Shown here: positions 40,669 to 52,349 of the stretch, piece after piece | Position numbering within the stretch: position 1 is the first letter of the stretch | Layout: the number at the start of each line of letters is the position of its first letter | Source: an uncultured delta proteobacterium | Lineage (GTDB): Bacteria; Desulfobacterota; Binatia; DP-6 | Direction: 5' to 3' | DNA: 64,000 bases | Assembly: GCA_963815115.1 (NCBI GenBank) | Contig: CAWFFN010000009.1 | Span: 960,001 to 1,024,000 of the forward strand | Position numbers and translations under genes: made by a program | Notes under the pieces: generated by a model | What the model saw: only the letters and a program-made list of their open reading frames with translations | Database searches by the model: none | What the model was told of the DNA's origin: nothing

Positions 40669-41547
40669 ATGGTGACGACGCGACGCCTCCTCGATCTCAC
40701 CTACCAGGCGTTCAACGCACGTGACATCGACCGGGCGCTCGCCACCATGCATCCCGACGTGGACTGGCCGAACGGCATGGAGGGCGGTCGCGTCCATGGC
40801 CACGCAGCGGTCCGCGAGTACTGGACGCGACAGTGGCGCTCCATCGATCCGCACGTGGAGCCGGTGCGCTTCGCCGCCGACGAAGGCGGCCGAACGGTGG
40901 TCGACGTGCGCCAGGTCGTCCGGGACCGGGCGGGCAATCTGGTCGCGGACGAGATGGTCCAGCACGTCTATCGCGTCGAGGACGACCTGGTGAGGAGCAT
41001 GGAGATTCGAAAGCTCCCGGGACGCAGGATCATCCGACGGGAGCGACCGGCGGACGTGCTCGCCATCCGCCGCCTGCACGAGGTGGCGTTCCCGACTCCG
41101 GCCGAGGCCAGGCTGGTGGACGGCCTGCGCAGGAGCGGACGGCTCGTCGTCTCGTTGGTGGCGGAGGAGTCGAGCGAGATCGTGGGGCACGTGGCCTTCA
41201 GTCCGGTGTCTGCGGGTGCGAGCTCGGAGGGTCTCGGGCTTGCTCCGCTGGCGGTCGCTTCCGGGCGCCGGCGTCGAGGCGTCGGAAGCGCGCTGGTCCG
41301 CGGCGGGCTGGACGCGGGCCGGCGCGCGGGATTCGGCTTCGTCGTCGTGCTCGGCGAGCCCGCCTACTACGAGCGCTTCGGCTTCGCGGCGGCGAGAGGC
41401 TGGGGGCTGCTGGACGAATACGGTGGTGGCGCCGCCTTTCAGGCGCTGGAGCTGCGACCCGGAGCGATCCCGCGCGGTTCGGGTGCGGTCCGGTACGGCG
41501 ACGAGTTTGCGCTCCTCGACCCCCGCCCGAAGGTCGATGTGCCTTGA
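40669..41547 (+). CDS. SnoaL/NTF2-like domain fused to YhbS-like GNAT acetyltransferase
   Basis: YQAFNARDID..HPDVDWPN..YWTRQW, then IRRERPAD..GHVAFS..LAPLAV..RRRGVG..VLGEPAYYERFGF. Confidence 0.8.
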   Translation: MVTTRRLLDLTYQAFNARDIDRALATMHPDVDWPNGMEGGRVHGHAAVREYWTRQWRSIDPHVEPVRFAADEGGRTVVDVRQVVRDRAGNLVADEMVQHVYRVEDDLVRSMEIRKLPGRRIIRRERPADVLAIRRLHEVAFPTPAEARLVDGLRRSGRLVVSLVAEESSEIVGHVAFSPVSAGASSEGLGLAPLAVASGRRRRGVGSALVRGGLDAGRRAGFGFVVVLGEPAYYERFGFAAARGWGLLDEYGGGAAFQALELRPGAIPRGSGAVRYGDEFALLDPRPKVDVP

Positions 41548-41572
41548 CAAACGGGGTTCTGGTGCCTAGCTA
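41543..41572 (+). promoter_or_regulatory. promoter candidate for grpE-dnaK-dnaJ
   Basis: TTGACA-17nt-TAGCTA; also readable as RpoH-like CTTG-18nt-CCTAGCT. Confidence 0.55.
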
Positions 41573-41616
41573 CCCGCCGCCGAGCCGCGCCGCTGCGCCG
41601 GTCCCCGGCACCCGTC

Positions 41617-42216
41617 ATGGCGAACGAACGTGATCACAAAGGACCGGGGCCGGCCCATCCGACACCCGACCCCTTCGAGGCAGCACCGGAAGGCCCGGGG
41701 GACCGCATCGAGGCGCTGGAAGCCGAGCTGTCGGCAGCCCGGGAAGAGGCTCGCCAGGCGAACGAACGCTGGCTGCGCGAGCGTGCCGACGCCGAGAACC
41801 TGAAGAAGCGTGCCGCGCGGGAGCGCAGCGAGGCGGTCCGGTTCGGCACCGAGTCCCTGGTCCGTGACCTGCTGCCCGTGGTCGACAACCTGGAGCGTGC
41901 GGTCCAGGCCGCCCAGGACGGGGGAAACGGGGCGCCCCTGGTGGAGGGGGTCACCCTCGTCCTGAAGGCGCTGATGGACGTCCTCGGCCGCCACGGGGTC
42001 ACCCGCGTCGACGCCCGGGGGACGCGCTTCGATCCGACGCACCACGAGGCCGTGGCCCACCTGGAGAGCGCGGAGCACGAAGCCAACTCGGTCATCGAGG
42101 AGCACCAGCCCGGCTACCGCCTCCACGAACGCCTGCTCCGGCCGGCGCTCGTGACCGTCTCGAAAGGCCCGTCCGGACCTCCGCACAACCTTGCCAAGCC
42201 CCGGGGCGGTGATTAA
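41617..42216 (+). CDS. grpE: nucleotide exchange factor GrpE
   Basis: LRERADAENLKKR, LLPVVDNLERA, FDPTHHEAV, GYRLHERLLRPALV. Confidence 0.97.
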   Translation: MANERDHKGPGPAHPTPDPFEAAPEGPGDRIEALEAELSAAREEARQANERWLRERADAENLKKRAARERSEAVRFGTESLVRDLLPVVDNLERAVQAAQDGGNGAPLVEGVTLVLKALMDVLGRHGVTRVDARGTRFDPTHHEAVAHLESAEHEANSVIEEHQPGYRLHERLLRPALVTVSKGPSGPPHNLAKPRGGD

Positions 42217-42219
42217 AGC
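42191..42219 (+). promoter_or_regulatory. internal dnaK promoter candidate within grpE 3' end
   Basis: TTGCCA-17nt-TAAAGC upstream of the GAGGAG RBS of dnaK. Confidence 0.4.
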
Positions 42220-42240
42220 GCCGCCGAGGAGACTCTCACG

Positions 42241-44145
<1,905 letters not shown>

Positions 44146-44178
44146 GCCCGGGTCGCGCGTGGGCGCGGGACCGATTGA

Positions 44179-44218
44179 CGCCGGCCCTCATCCGCCGCGG
44201 CGCGGATGAGGGCCGGCG
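44179..44218 (+). terminator. perfect 17-bp hairpin between dnaK and dnaJ (attenuator or mRNA stabiliser)
   Basis: CGCCGGCCCTCATCCGC-cgcggc-GCGGATGAGGGCCGGCG; no U-tract. Confidence 0.65.
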
Positions 44219-44238
44219 CTCGTGCGGGTGATCGATCG

Positions 44239-45348
44239 ATGAAGCGCGACTACTACGAGGTGCTGGGCGTCTCCCGGTCCTGCGGTGACGAGGATCTGAA
44301 GAAGGCCTACCGCAAGCTGGCCCTCAGGTATCACCCGGACAAGAATCCCGACGACGCCGAGGCCGAGGAGCGCTTCAAGGAGATCGGCGAGGCCTACCAG
44401 ATACTGGCGGATCCTGAGCGGCGAGCCCGCTACGATCGCTTCGGTCACGCCGCCTTCGAGCAGGGCGGGGGATCCGGCGGCTTCGACTTCGGTGCCGGCT
44501 TCGAGGACATCCTCGGCGATCTCTTCGGAGACTTCTTCGGCACGGGCCGCGGCCGCGGTGGCCGGACGCGGGCGCGGCGGGGGCAGGACCTGCAGTACCA
44601 GCTCGAGGTGACCTTCGAGGAGGCGGCACGCGGCTGCGACAAGACGCTCTCGATCCCGCGCCTCACTCCGTGCACCACGTGCAACGGCAATGGCGCGAAG
44701 CCCGGCACGCAGCCGAAGGCGTGCCCGCAGTGCCGCGGCTCGGGTCAGATCCGCTTCCAGCAGGGCTTCTTCTCCATCGCCAAGACCTGTGGCGGCTGCA
44801 ACGGACATGGGGTCGTGATCGCCGATCCGTGCGCGGACTGCAGCGGCGCCGGAGCGCGCCGGCGCAAGCATACGCTGAGCGTGCGGATCCCCGCCGGCGT
44901 GGACAGCGGATCACGCTTGAAGCTCCGGGGCGAGGGCGAGAGCGGCGGTAGCGGCGGCCAGCCGGGCGATCTCTACGTCCTGATCCAGGTGGCGGAGCAC
45001 CCGCTCTTCCACCGCGAGGGCACCGACGTGGTGTGCGAGGTGCCGCTGAGCCTCGCGCAGGCCGCGCTGGGCACCGAGATCGACGTCCCGACGCTCGATG
45101 GCAAGCGCCGGCTGAAGGTCGTGGCCGGCACGCAGTCGGGACATCTCCTGCGCCTGCGTGGCCTCGGAGTGCCGGACCTGAACGGCTACGGTCGCGGCGA
45201 CCAGGTGGTGCGCGTCATCGTGGAGACGCCGCGCAAGCTCTCGGCCCGCCAGCGCGAGCTGCTGGAGGAATTCGCGCGCATCTCGGGAGAAGAGGTGCAC
45301 CCGATGGCGAAGAGCTTCCTCGAGAAGGTGAAGTCGCTTCTCGAGTAG
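44239..45348 (+). CDS. dnaJ: molecular chaperone DnaJ
   Basis: [13 protein letters not shown] region, four CxxCxGxG repeats. Confidence 0.99.
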   Translation: MKRDYYEVLGVSRSCGDEDLKKAYRKLALRYHPDKNPDDAEAEERFKEIGEAYQILADPERRARYDRFGHAAFEQGGGSGGFDFGAGFEDILGDLFGDFFGTGRGRGGRTRARRGQDLQYQLEVTFEEAARGCDKTLSIPRLTPCTTCNGNGAKPGTQPKACPQCRGSGQIRFQQGFFSIAKTCGGCNGHGVVIADPCADCSGAGARRRKHTLSVRIPAGVDSGSRLKLRGEGESGGSGGQPGDLYVLIQVAEHPLFHREGTDVVCEVPLSLAQAALGTEIDVPTLDGKRRLKVVAGTQSGHLLRLRGLGVPDLNGYGRGDQVVRVIVETPRKLSARQRELLEEFARISGEEVHPMAKSFLEKVKSLLE

Positions 45349-45407
45349 GTATCTCCCCGCGCGACGGCGTCGCTTGAAGGACGCCGGCGCTCCGTCGATG
45401 ATCGCGC

Positions 45408-46388
45408 ATGCCGCGCAGACGCCGCCGGCGGCGAGGCGCCGCCACCTTGCGCACCGTGGGCGAGCACGGGTGGATCGCCCGCTTGCCCGGCAGGCTGGCG
45501 CCGGGGCGGCGCACGCTCGTCGGCCCGGGGGACGACGTGGCCGTGCTCCGTCCGGTTCGCCGTCCGCTGCTGCTCACGACCGACACGCTGGTCGAGGGCG
45601 TGCACTTCCGCCTCGGGTGGGAGCCGCCCGCTGCGCTCGGCCGCCGCGTGCTCCGCGTCAACCTGAGTGACGTCGCGGCCATGGGCGGCGACGCGCTCGC
45701 CGCGCTGGTCTCCGTGGAGGCACCGGGCCGCCTTCCCGTGCGCGTCCTGGACGGCATCATGCGCGGCCTCGCCGCCGATGCCCGGCGCCACGGCGTGGAC
45801 GTGGTGGGCGGCAACCTCGCCGCCGCGCCCCGGCTGGCGATCACCGTGACGCTGCTCGGGCAGGCGGGACGCCGCCTGGCGACGCGCGCCGACGCGCGTC
45901 CGCGTGACGACGTGTGGCTGAGCGGCACGCTCGGCAGCGCGGGGTGCGCCGTCCGCGCGCTCCTCGCCGGGCGTCGCGGCCGCCGCCCGGGCGTGCCGGT
46001 CCGTCTCGCCGCAGGTCGCCTGCTCGCGCCGCTCGCCCACGCGATGATCGACGTGAGCGACGGATTGGTCCAGGACCTCGGGCACGTCTGCCGGGCGAGC
46101 GGTGTCGCCGCCGAGATCGACGCGGCGACCCTTCCGGTGGCGCCGGCGTGCCGCCGCGCGCTCGGCGCCGCGGCGGCGCGTTTTGCGGCCACGGCGGGCG
46201 AGGACTACGAGCTGCTCCTGACCGCGTCCCCGCGCCGTCGCTCCGATCTCGCGCGGATCGCACCGCGGCTGGGCTGCCGGCTGACACGGATCGGCCACAT
46301 CGTCGCTGGGCGTCCGGTCGTGCGGCTCCTGGATACGCGCGGGAGGCCGCTGGCGCTGCCTCGCGCGGGCTTCGACCACTTCCGCTGA
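45408..46388 (+). CDS. thiL: thiamine-monophosphate kinase
   Basis: GPGDDVAV, TTDTLVEGVHF, VNLSDVAAMG, IDVSDGL, GEDYELL, GFDHF. Confidence 0.95.
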   Translation: MPRRRRRRRGAATLRTVGEHGWIARLPGRLAPGRRTLVGPGDDVAVLRPVRRPLLLTTDTLVEGVHFRLGWEPPAALGRRVLRVNLSDVAAMGGDALAALVSVEAPGRLPVRVLDGIMRGLAADARRHGVDVVGGNLAAAPRLAITVTLLGQAGRRLATRADARPRDDVWLSGTLGSAGCAVRALLAGRRGRRPGVPVRLAAGRLLAPLAHAMIDVSDGLVQDLGHVCRASGVAAEIDAATLPVAPACRRALGAAAARFAATAGEDYELLLTASPRRRSDLARIAPRLGCRLTRIGHIVAGRPVVRLLDTRGRPLALPRAGFDHFR

Positions 46389-46432
46389 CCCGCGCTTGCG
46401 GCCCCACGGCGCGGCGGCTAACGCTGTGGGCC

Positions 46433-47185
46433 ATGGAGCGCGAGCGCCTCGCCGAGCTGCTCGAGGCCGTGCGGCGCGGCGCGTGCCCGGTGGACGAGGC
46501 CCTCGATCGCCTCCGTGCGCTGCCCTACGAGGACCTCGGCTTCGCGCGGCTGGACCACCACCGGAGTCTCCGCAACGGCTTCCCCGAGGTGGTGTTCGGT
46601 GAAGGCAAGACCACCGACCAGATCGTCGCCATTGCCGACCGGCTGGCGGCGGCGGGCGGCAACGTCCTGATCACGCGTCTCGCGCCCGGACCGGCGGAGC
46701 ACCTGCTCGCGGCGGTCGACGGCTTCGAGTACCACCCCTTGCCGCGCCTTGCCCTGCGGCGCGCACGGCCGATCGAGCCGCGCGGCGACGGCACGGTGCT
46801 GGTGGTGTCGGCGGGCACGGCGGATCTGGCGGTGGCGGAGGAAGCCGCGATCACGGCCGAGCTCATGGCCAACCGGGTCGAGCGTCTGTACGACGTCGGC
46901 GTCTCCGGGCTGCACCGGCTGCTGGGCGAGCGCGAGCGCCTCTGGGACGCGGCGGTGCTGATCGTCGTCGCGGGCATGGAGGGGGCGCTGCCGAGCGTGG
47001 TGGGCGGTCTGGTGGATCGCCCCGTGATCGCGGTGCCCACCAGCGTCGGCTACGGCACCAGCATGCAGGGCCTGGCAGCGCTCCTCGGCATGCTCAACAC
47101 CTGCGCCGCGGGCGTCGTGGTGGTGAACATCGACAATGGGTTCGGCGCCGCCGCCGCCGCCACCCGCATGAACCAGCGCCGCTGA
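46433..47185 (+). CDS. larB: nickel-pincer cofactor biosynthesis protein LarB (PurE-like)
   Basis: [57 protein letters not shown]. Confidence 0.92.
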   Translation: MERERLAELLEAVRRGACPVDEALDRLRALPYEDLGFARLDHHRSLRNGFPEVVFGEGKTTDQIVAIADRLAAAGGNVLITRLAPGPAEHLLAAVDGFEYHPLPRLALRRARPIEPRGDGTVLVVSAGTADLAVAEEAAITAELMANRVERLYDVGVSGLHRLLGERERLWDAAVLIVVAGMEGALPSVVGGLVDRPVIAVPTSVGYGTSMQGLAALLGMLNTCAAGVVVVNIDNGFGAAAAATRMNQRR

Positions 47186-48516
47186 TGGCGGACATCACGG
47201 CCGGACGCGCGCGCCGCATGCTATCGGTGGGAGGGCTCACGACCTCGGTCGGCGGCAGCTATCTCTGGCAGGCGCTCAAGCGGCCGTTCCAGTCGACCTC
47301 CCGGCAGGAGGCGACGCTCCTCGACACCCACATCCGGAACGCCCGGCGGCTGGTCGAGCGCTCGAAGGAGCTGCGCGGCGCGTTCATGAAGATGGCGCAG
47401 CTCCTGAGCATGCGCCAGGACCTCTTCCCGGCCGAGGCGCTCGAGGTGCTCTCGGTCGTGCAGTCGTCGGTGCCGCCCATGCCGTGGGCGAAGGTGCGGC
47501 GCATGATCGCGACCGAGCTGGGAGCGGCGCCGGAGGAGCGCTTCACCCGTTTCGAGCACGAGGCGTTCGCCGCGGCCTCGCTCGGGCAGGTGCATCGGGC
47601 AGAGCTGCGTGGCGGCAAGCACGTGGTGGTGAAGGTCCAGTATCCCGGCGTGGCCGACACCGTGCACCAGGACATCAAGAACATCCGCGCGCTGGTGCGC
47701 GTCTTCGACTCGATCGCGCGTGACGTCATGCGCCAGGACGTCGACTCGCAGGAGGTGGTGCACGAGCTCGAGGAGCGTCTCGCCGAGGAGCTGGACTACC
47801 GGCGCGAGGCGGACAACCTCGAGCGCTTCGGGAAGCTGCTCGCGTCGGACGACGAGGTGATCATCCCGCGCGTCCATCGCAAGCTGTCGGCCGGTCGCGT
47901 GCTGACGATGGATCGGCTCGATGGCTACCCGCTCCAGGACATCATGGCGCCGGGCGTGGACCAGGACCTGAAGGACTGGGTGGCGATCAAGCTCTTCCGC
48001 CTGCTGTGGCGGCAGATGTTCGAGCTGGGCGCGCTGCACGCCGATCCCCATCCCGGCAACTATCTCGTGACGCACCACCCGAGGATCGGCATCCTCGACT
48101 TCGGCTCCGTGCGCTTCTTCGAGCCCGAGGTGCGCCTGGGCTACCTGCGGGTCGCGCGCGGGCTGCTCGCCGGCGACGACGCCGCGGCCGGCGCCGCCGC
48201 GACCGACCTGGGCTTCGTCGAACGAGGCGACGATCCCGCGCCGTTCATCGAGATCCTCCGCATCGTCTGCGAGCCCGTGCTGGTGGATCGGCCGTACGAT
48301 CCGCGCGACTACGACGTGATGGAGCGGGGGCTGCGCGCCAGCCAGATCAAGCTGTCGCATCGCCTCTACAAGGCGCCTGGCCACCAGGTGTTCTTCCTCC
48401 GGGCGCTGGTCGGGCTGGACGGCTACCTCCGAACCTTCGGCACCGTACGCAACTGGCACCGCCTCTTCCGCGACATCGTCGACGCCGTCCCCGAGGTCGG
48501 CGGGAGGATCGCATGA
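47185..48516 (+). CDS. ABC1/UbiB atypical kinase family protein
   Basis: [43 protein letters not shown]. Confidence 0.92.
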   Translation: MADITAGRARRMLSVGGLTTSVGGSYLWQALKRPFQSTSRQEATLLDTHIRNARRLVERSKELRGAFMKMAQLLSMRQDLFPAEALEVLSVVQSSVPPMPWAKVRRMIATELGAAPEERFTRFEHEAFAAASLGQVHRAELRGGKHVVVKVQYPGVADTVHQDIKNIRALVRVFDSIARDVMRQDVDSQEVVHELEERLAEELDYRREADNLERFGKLLASDDEVIIPRVHRKLSAGRVLTMDRLDGYPLQDIMAPGVDQDLKDWVAIKLFRLLWRQMFELGALHADPHPGNYLVTHHPRIGILDFGSVRFFEPEVRLGYLRVARGLLAGDDAAAGAAATDLGFVERGDDPAPFIEILRIVCEPVLVDRPYDPRDYDVMERGLRASQIKLSHRLYKAPGHQVFFLRALVGLDGYLRTFGTVRNWHRLFRDIVDAVPEVGGRIA

Positions 48517-49034
48517 GACGCTGGTTCGCCATGTCCGCCATCGGCCGCGATCGCCCCGGCATCGTCGCCGACCTCGCCGAGCTGATCTACGAGTGCGACT
48601 GCAACCTCGAGGACTCGCGCATGACGATTCTCGGCTCCGAGTTCGCCGTCCTCCTGCTCCTCTCGGGGCAGGGCGACGACGTGGAGCGGCGCCTGTCTTC
48701 GGGCTGCAAGCGGCTCGAATGGGAGAAGCGCCTCACGGTGTTCATCCGGCCGCTCGAGGAGCCCGCGGGGATGCCGCCGCGCGGGGCGTCGCTCGAGTGC
48801 GTCGTCACCGGGGTGGACGAGGCCGGCATCGTCGCACGCGTGGCGCGCACGGTCGCCGACCACGGGGCGAACATCACCGACCTGCACAGCGACCTGAGGC
48901 CCGAGCCCGAGTCCGGGACGCCGATGTACACCATGCGCCTGCGGCTGGTCGTGCCCCCGGAACACGACGTGCGGGCGCTGTGCCAGGCCCTCGAGCGTGT
49001 CGCGGCGGAGCTGCGGGTCGACCTCAGCGTCTAG
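48513..49034 (+). CDS. gcvR: tandem ACT-domain protein, GcvR-like
   Basis: IGRDRPGIV, CNLEDSRM, second ACT GVDEAGIV..GANITDL. Confidence 0.8.
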   Translation: MRRWFAMSAIGRDRPGIVADLAELIYECDCNLEDSRMTILGSEFAVLLLLSGQGDDVERRLSSGCKRLEWEKRLTVFIRPLEEPAGMPPRGASLECVVTGVDEAGIVARVARTVADHGANITDLHSDLRPEPESGTPMYTMRLRLVVPPEHDVRALCQALERVAAELRVDLSV

Positions 49035-49077
49035 CGTCCGGCACGCCGCGCCCACCCCGGCCCGTGGACCCGGCGGG

Positions 49078-49803
49078 CTACGGCCAGGCGAGCGGGGACG
49101 GCGCGCGCAGCCCCGCAGGGGTGAGGAGCACGGCCGGGGCATCGGGTGCCTCGCGCCAGACGAGCCCGAGGTGCGTCGTGCTGGGCGGTCGCAAGCTCTC
49201 CACCCCGATGGTGGCCGGCCGCCAGCGACCGGCGACCTGCGTGAAGTCGTCGTCCTTGCGGATCTTCACCAGGTTGCTGATCGAGTCGCGGTAATACTTG
49301 GTCTGCACGATGACGTCGCGTTCGGGATCGATGGTGAGGACCACGAGCGCATAGGCCGTCGGCGGTGCCGGCGCGCCGGTGACCACGACGCCGAGCGGAT
49401 TCTCGTCGCTCACCTGCGCCACCGGCAGCGAGCCGACCCCGAAGGGCTCGAGGTCCTCGAGCAGCACGTCGGTGCCGGGGAGTGCGGCGCCGATCGGGGC
49501 GCGCACCAGGCGGCGGCCGCGCGCGACCACCACCTTGCCGGGCGAGAGCAGCGCGCGGGCGCCGCCGCGCGTCTCGAGATAGAGGCGCTGGCCACGGGAG
49601 AGGAGGACGGCCTCGCCGACCACCGCGCCGTCGCGCTCGATGCGTACGTCGGCGCGCAGCAGGCGAGGAGCGCTGGCCTGGGCGGCAACCGCCGGCAGCA
49701 GCTCGTGCAGCGCCACCGCCTGCGCGGCTCGCGGACACGCCGCGACCGCGAGGTAGAGCATCAAGACCCCGACGCGGCTATGGTGCCAAGGCCGCTCCAT
49801 CAT
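49078..49803 (-). CDS. outer-membrane lipoprotein-sorting (LolA-like) family protein
   Basis: Signal-like N-terminus, PGTDVLLEDL, YYRD, QVAGRWRP, final LLTPAGL pattern; start uncertain. Confidence 0.55.
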   Translation of the reverse strand: MMERPWHHSRVGVLMLYLAVAACPRAAQAVALHELLPAVAAQASAPRLLRADVRIERDGAVVGEAVLLSRGQRLYLETRGGARALLSPGKVVVARGRRLVRAPIGAALPGTDVLLEDLEPFGVGSLPVAQVSDENPLGVVVTGAPAPPTAYALVVLTIDPERDVIVQTKYYRDSISNLVKIRKDDDFTQVAGRWRPATIGVESLRPPSTTHLGLVWREAPDAPAVLLTPAGLRAPSPLAWP

Positions 49804-49853
49804 GCGTCGATCATCGCCAAGCAGACCGACGGGTTCAAGGAGGACGTCCGTTC

Positions 49854-50657
49854 ATGAAGAGTTGGCGGGGGCTCGTGCTGGCCGTGCTCGTTGCGCTGGC
49901 GCTCGCCCAGGCTGGATGGATCGTGTTCCCCTGGGTCCGGGACCTGGTCTTCCCCCCCGAGCAGACGTCGGCGGCACGCGGGTTCCGGGTGGCGGTCTCG
50001 TCCGGCTGCTTTGCCTGCCATGGCCCCGGCGGAGGGGGCGGCGTGCACAACCCCGGCAGCAAGGAGGGAGAGGTGCCGGCGTTCACCGAGCAGACCCAGA
50101 TGATGTACGTGAAGACCACCGACGATCTCCGCGAGTACGTCCTGGACGGCGCTCCGAAGCGGCGCCGTGAGGACCCTGACTACGTCGCGCAGGTCGAGAA
50201 GGCGGGCCTCCACATGCCCGCCTACCGGGGGTTCGTCACCAACGCGCAGCTCGAGGATCTGGTTGCCTACCTGCGTGCCACGTCGGGACAGATCCTTCCC
50301 GACGAGAAGCTCGCCGCCAAGGGTGCCGACCTCGCTGCCGAGCTCGACTGCTTCTCCTGCCACGCGCCGATGGGTGCCGGCGGGGTCCCCAATCCGGGGT
50401 CGTTCAAGGGCTACATCCCGGGCTTCTGGGGCGCGGACTACGACGAGCTCGTGCTGAACGACGACGAGCTGCACGAGTGGATCGCGGAGGGGCACCTGGA
50501 CCGCATCAAGAACCATCCGGTCGGCGGCATCTACTTCGAGCGTCAGCGCACGAAGATGCCGGCCTATGGTGACTTCATCTCGGCGGATGACGTCACCGCC
50601 CTGGCGGCATACGTGAAGTGGTTGCACGAAGGCGCGTGGAAGCCGCTGCTGAAGTGA
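49854..50657 (+). CDS. membrane-anchored diheme c-type cytochrome
   Basis: N-terminal TM, CFACH and CFSCH, two MPAY axial-Met motifs; AAGGAGG RBS. Confidence 0.88.
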   Translation: MKSWRGLVLAVLVALALAQAGWIVFPWVRDLVFPPEQTSAARGFRVAVSSGCFACHGPGGGGGVHNPGSKEGEVPAFTEQTQMMYVKTTDDLREYVLDGAPKRRREDPDYVAQVEKAGLHMPAYRGFVTNAQLEDLVAYLRATSGQILPDEKLAAKGADLAAELDCFSCHAPMGAGGVPNPGSFKGYIPGFWGADYDELVLNDDELHEWIAEGHLDRIKNHPVGGIYFERQRTKMPAYGDFISADDVTALAAYVKWLHEGAWKPLLK

Positions 50658-50685
50658 CGCAGCGGGTGCGCAAGAAGGGTTCTGC

Positions 50686-50780
50686 GGCTACGCCCCCGAT
50701 CCGGACCCGGCCGATCGACTGGGGTCTGGGGGCGTACGCCAAATCCCGCAGCGCAAAGGCGCGCTGCATGGGAGGGTCCG
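50686..50780. other. structured intergenic element (multi-stem, pseudoknot-capable; ncRNA or REP-like)
   Basis: TACGCCCCC/GGGGGCGTA, GCAGCGC/GCGCTGC and crossing CGGACCC/GGGTCCG pairings. Confidence 0.5.
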
Positions 50781-51251
50781 TCAGGCCGGGTAGAACCGTC
50801 CGTTCAGCACCTGCTCCGCCGACCAGGGACAGCTGGCCGGCAGCTCCACCGTGTCGAGCCCGGTCTCGGCTGCGGCCCGCTCGACCGCGGCGGTCCAGCG
50901 TCGTGAGAGCTGCTTCGCAACCTCGACCCTGAAGCTCGGGTTGTCTGCGAGAAGTTCCTCGATCTCCGCCCGCTGGACCACGATGGTCGTCTTCCACGAT
51001 CTGGACCGCTGATCCGGCTGCAACTGCCATTTCAACAGGTGCGAGAGGAGGACGACGATTCGACGGATCAGTTCTCGCCGTTCCCGCCGCCCCATGTCCT
51101 CCACCTCCTCTGCCACGTACTCGACGTCCACCTCTTCGAAGCGGCGTTCGCGCAGCAGCGCGGCCGTGCGCTGGGTCCACGCGAAGAAATCCGCCTCGTA
51201 GTCGGAGCCTGCTGTCGGCGGAGATGTCGGCACGGGATCGACCGTCCGCAT
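50781..51251 (-). CDS. DUF29 family protein
   Basis: YEADFFAW, EEVEDMGRRE, LLSHLLKWQLQP, RSW, DNPS, CPWS, FYP. Confidence 0.92.
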   Translation of the reverse strand: MRTVDPVPTSPPTAGSDYEADFFAWTQRTAALLRERRFEEVDVEYVAEEVEDMGRRERRELIRRIVVLLSHLLKWQLQPDQRSRSWKTTIVVQRAEIEELLADNPSFRVEVAKQLSRRWTAAVERAAAETGLDTVELPASCPWSAEQVLNGRFYPA

Positions 51252-51299
51252 GGTGCTCCTCTACCTCCGCACCGACGCGGGCGCCAGCGGCCGGGGGTG

Positions 51300-52136
51300 C
51301 TAGTTGTTCGGCGCGCCGGCCTGGATCCAGGCGAGGATGGTGTAGATCTCGGCGTCGGTCATGCAGCCGCCGGGCTGCGGCGCCAGCGGACAGCCCTGGG
51401 GCATGAGCGTGCCGTTCGGTCCCTTGAGGCCCTTGCCGGTGATCTTGCGGGCCAGGAAGCTCTTGGCGATGCTGCCCGGCACGACGACCAGGAGCTTGCC
51501 GCCTTCCGCCGACGGCTTGCCGACGATGTTCGCGTAGGCCTCGCCGACGTCGAGCGCCTGGTTCTCCTGACGAGAGGATGCGTCGTGACAAGCCGGGATG
51601 GCGCAGCGCTGCGTGAAGATCGGCTGCACGTCGTTGGCGAACGAGGGCGCGGCCGGCGAGCACGAGAGGCTCAGCTTGTCGGGGTCCTTCTTGCCGTCCG
51701 CGACCGCGACCACCTTGACCCGCGCGACCCCCGGCCTGATGGGCGTGATCCCGTTGCTCGGCTTCACCGGGACCGCGAAGCCCGGCGCGGTACACTGCCC
51801 CGGGGTGAGCCCCTCCATCGCACCGGCGAGGGCCGCGCTTGCGGTGAGCTTCCGTGGCGCCACCTTGACGCTCGTCATCCCCGTGGCGCCGCAGGCGCCT
51901 CCGACGTCGAAGCACGCCTGTACCGGGAAGGTGCACACGCCGTCCGCGGTACCGTCCAGGTCGCATGCGGTGCCGTCGACGCAGGTGGTGGTCCCCGCGG
52001 AGGCGATGCCTCCCCATTCGACGATGCAGTCGGTGGCCGGGGGGCCACCACCGGGAACACAGTCGGGCGGGCACACCGCTCCCGCGAGCCGTGCGATCAG
52101 CAAGGAACCGAGAATCAGAAGGAGACCGTGCCGCAT
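51300..52136 (-). CDS. secreted Cys-rich protein with C-terminal planctomycete-type cytochrome c domain
   Basis: Signal peptide; Cys-rich module; SFANDVQPIF..CAIPACH..VVPG..LMP..AWIQAGA. Confidence 0.75.
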   Translation of the reverse strand: MRHGLLLILGSLLIARLAGAVCPPDCVPGGGPPATDCIVEWGGIASAGTTTCVDGTACDLDGTADGVCTFPVQACFDVGGACGATGMTSVKVAPRKLTASAALAGAMEGLTPGQCTAPGFAVPVKPSNGITPIRPGVARVKVVAVADGKKDPDKLSLSCSPAAPSFANDVQPIFTQRCAIPACHDASSRQENQALDVGEAYANIVGKPSAEGGKLLVVVPGSIAKSFLARKITGKGLKGPNGTLMPQGCPLAPQPGGCMTDAEIYTILAWIQAGAPNN

Positions 52137-52349
52137 GCAGAGTACAACACCGGAGGTCCGGATTGGTGTCAACGGACCTTCGGGCGACGCGCCCTCCGTG
52201 GCGGCTGCCCGGTCACGTGCCGCGCCCGATCGGTCGCGGCAGACGCACGGGGACCCATTCGGGAGACCCGGTGTGAAGTGAGACATGGTGCGCGCTCGCG
52301 CGCGCTTTGTGGCGAGCGGGGCAGTGCTCCGCGGCCCCGGGCGTCGCCG

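Noticed and set aside
41547-41617. CIRCE element before grpE
   Set aside because: No TTAGCACTC-N9-GAGTGCTAA match
50686-50780. HDV-like or hammerhead ribozyme
   Set aside because: Stem order resembles a nested pseudoknot, but there is no G+1 P1, no proper P3/L3, no J4/2 catalytic C and no CUGAUGA/GAAA core
52147-52180. Short inverted repeats (AGGTCCG/CGGACCT) around a minus-strand TTGACA
   Set aside because: 7-bp arms are expected by chance at this GC content, and the -35/-10 spacing (22 nt) is poor
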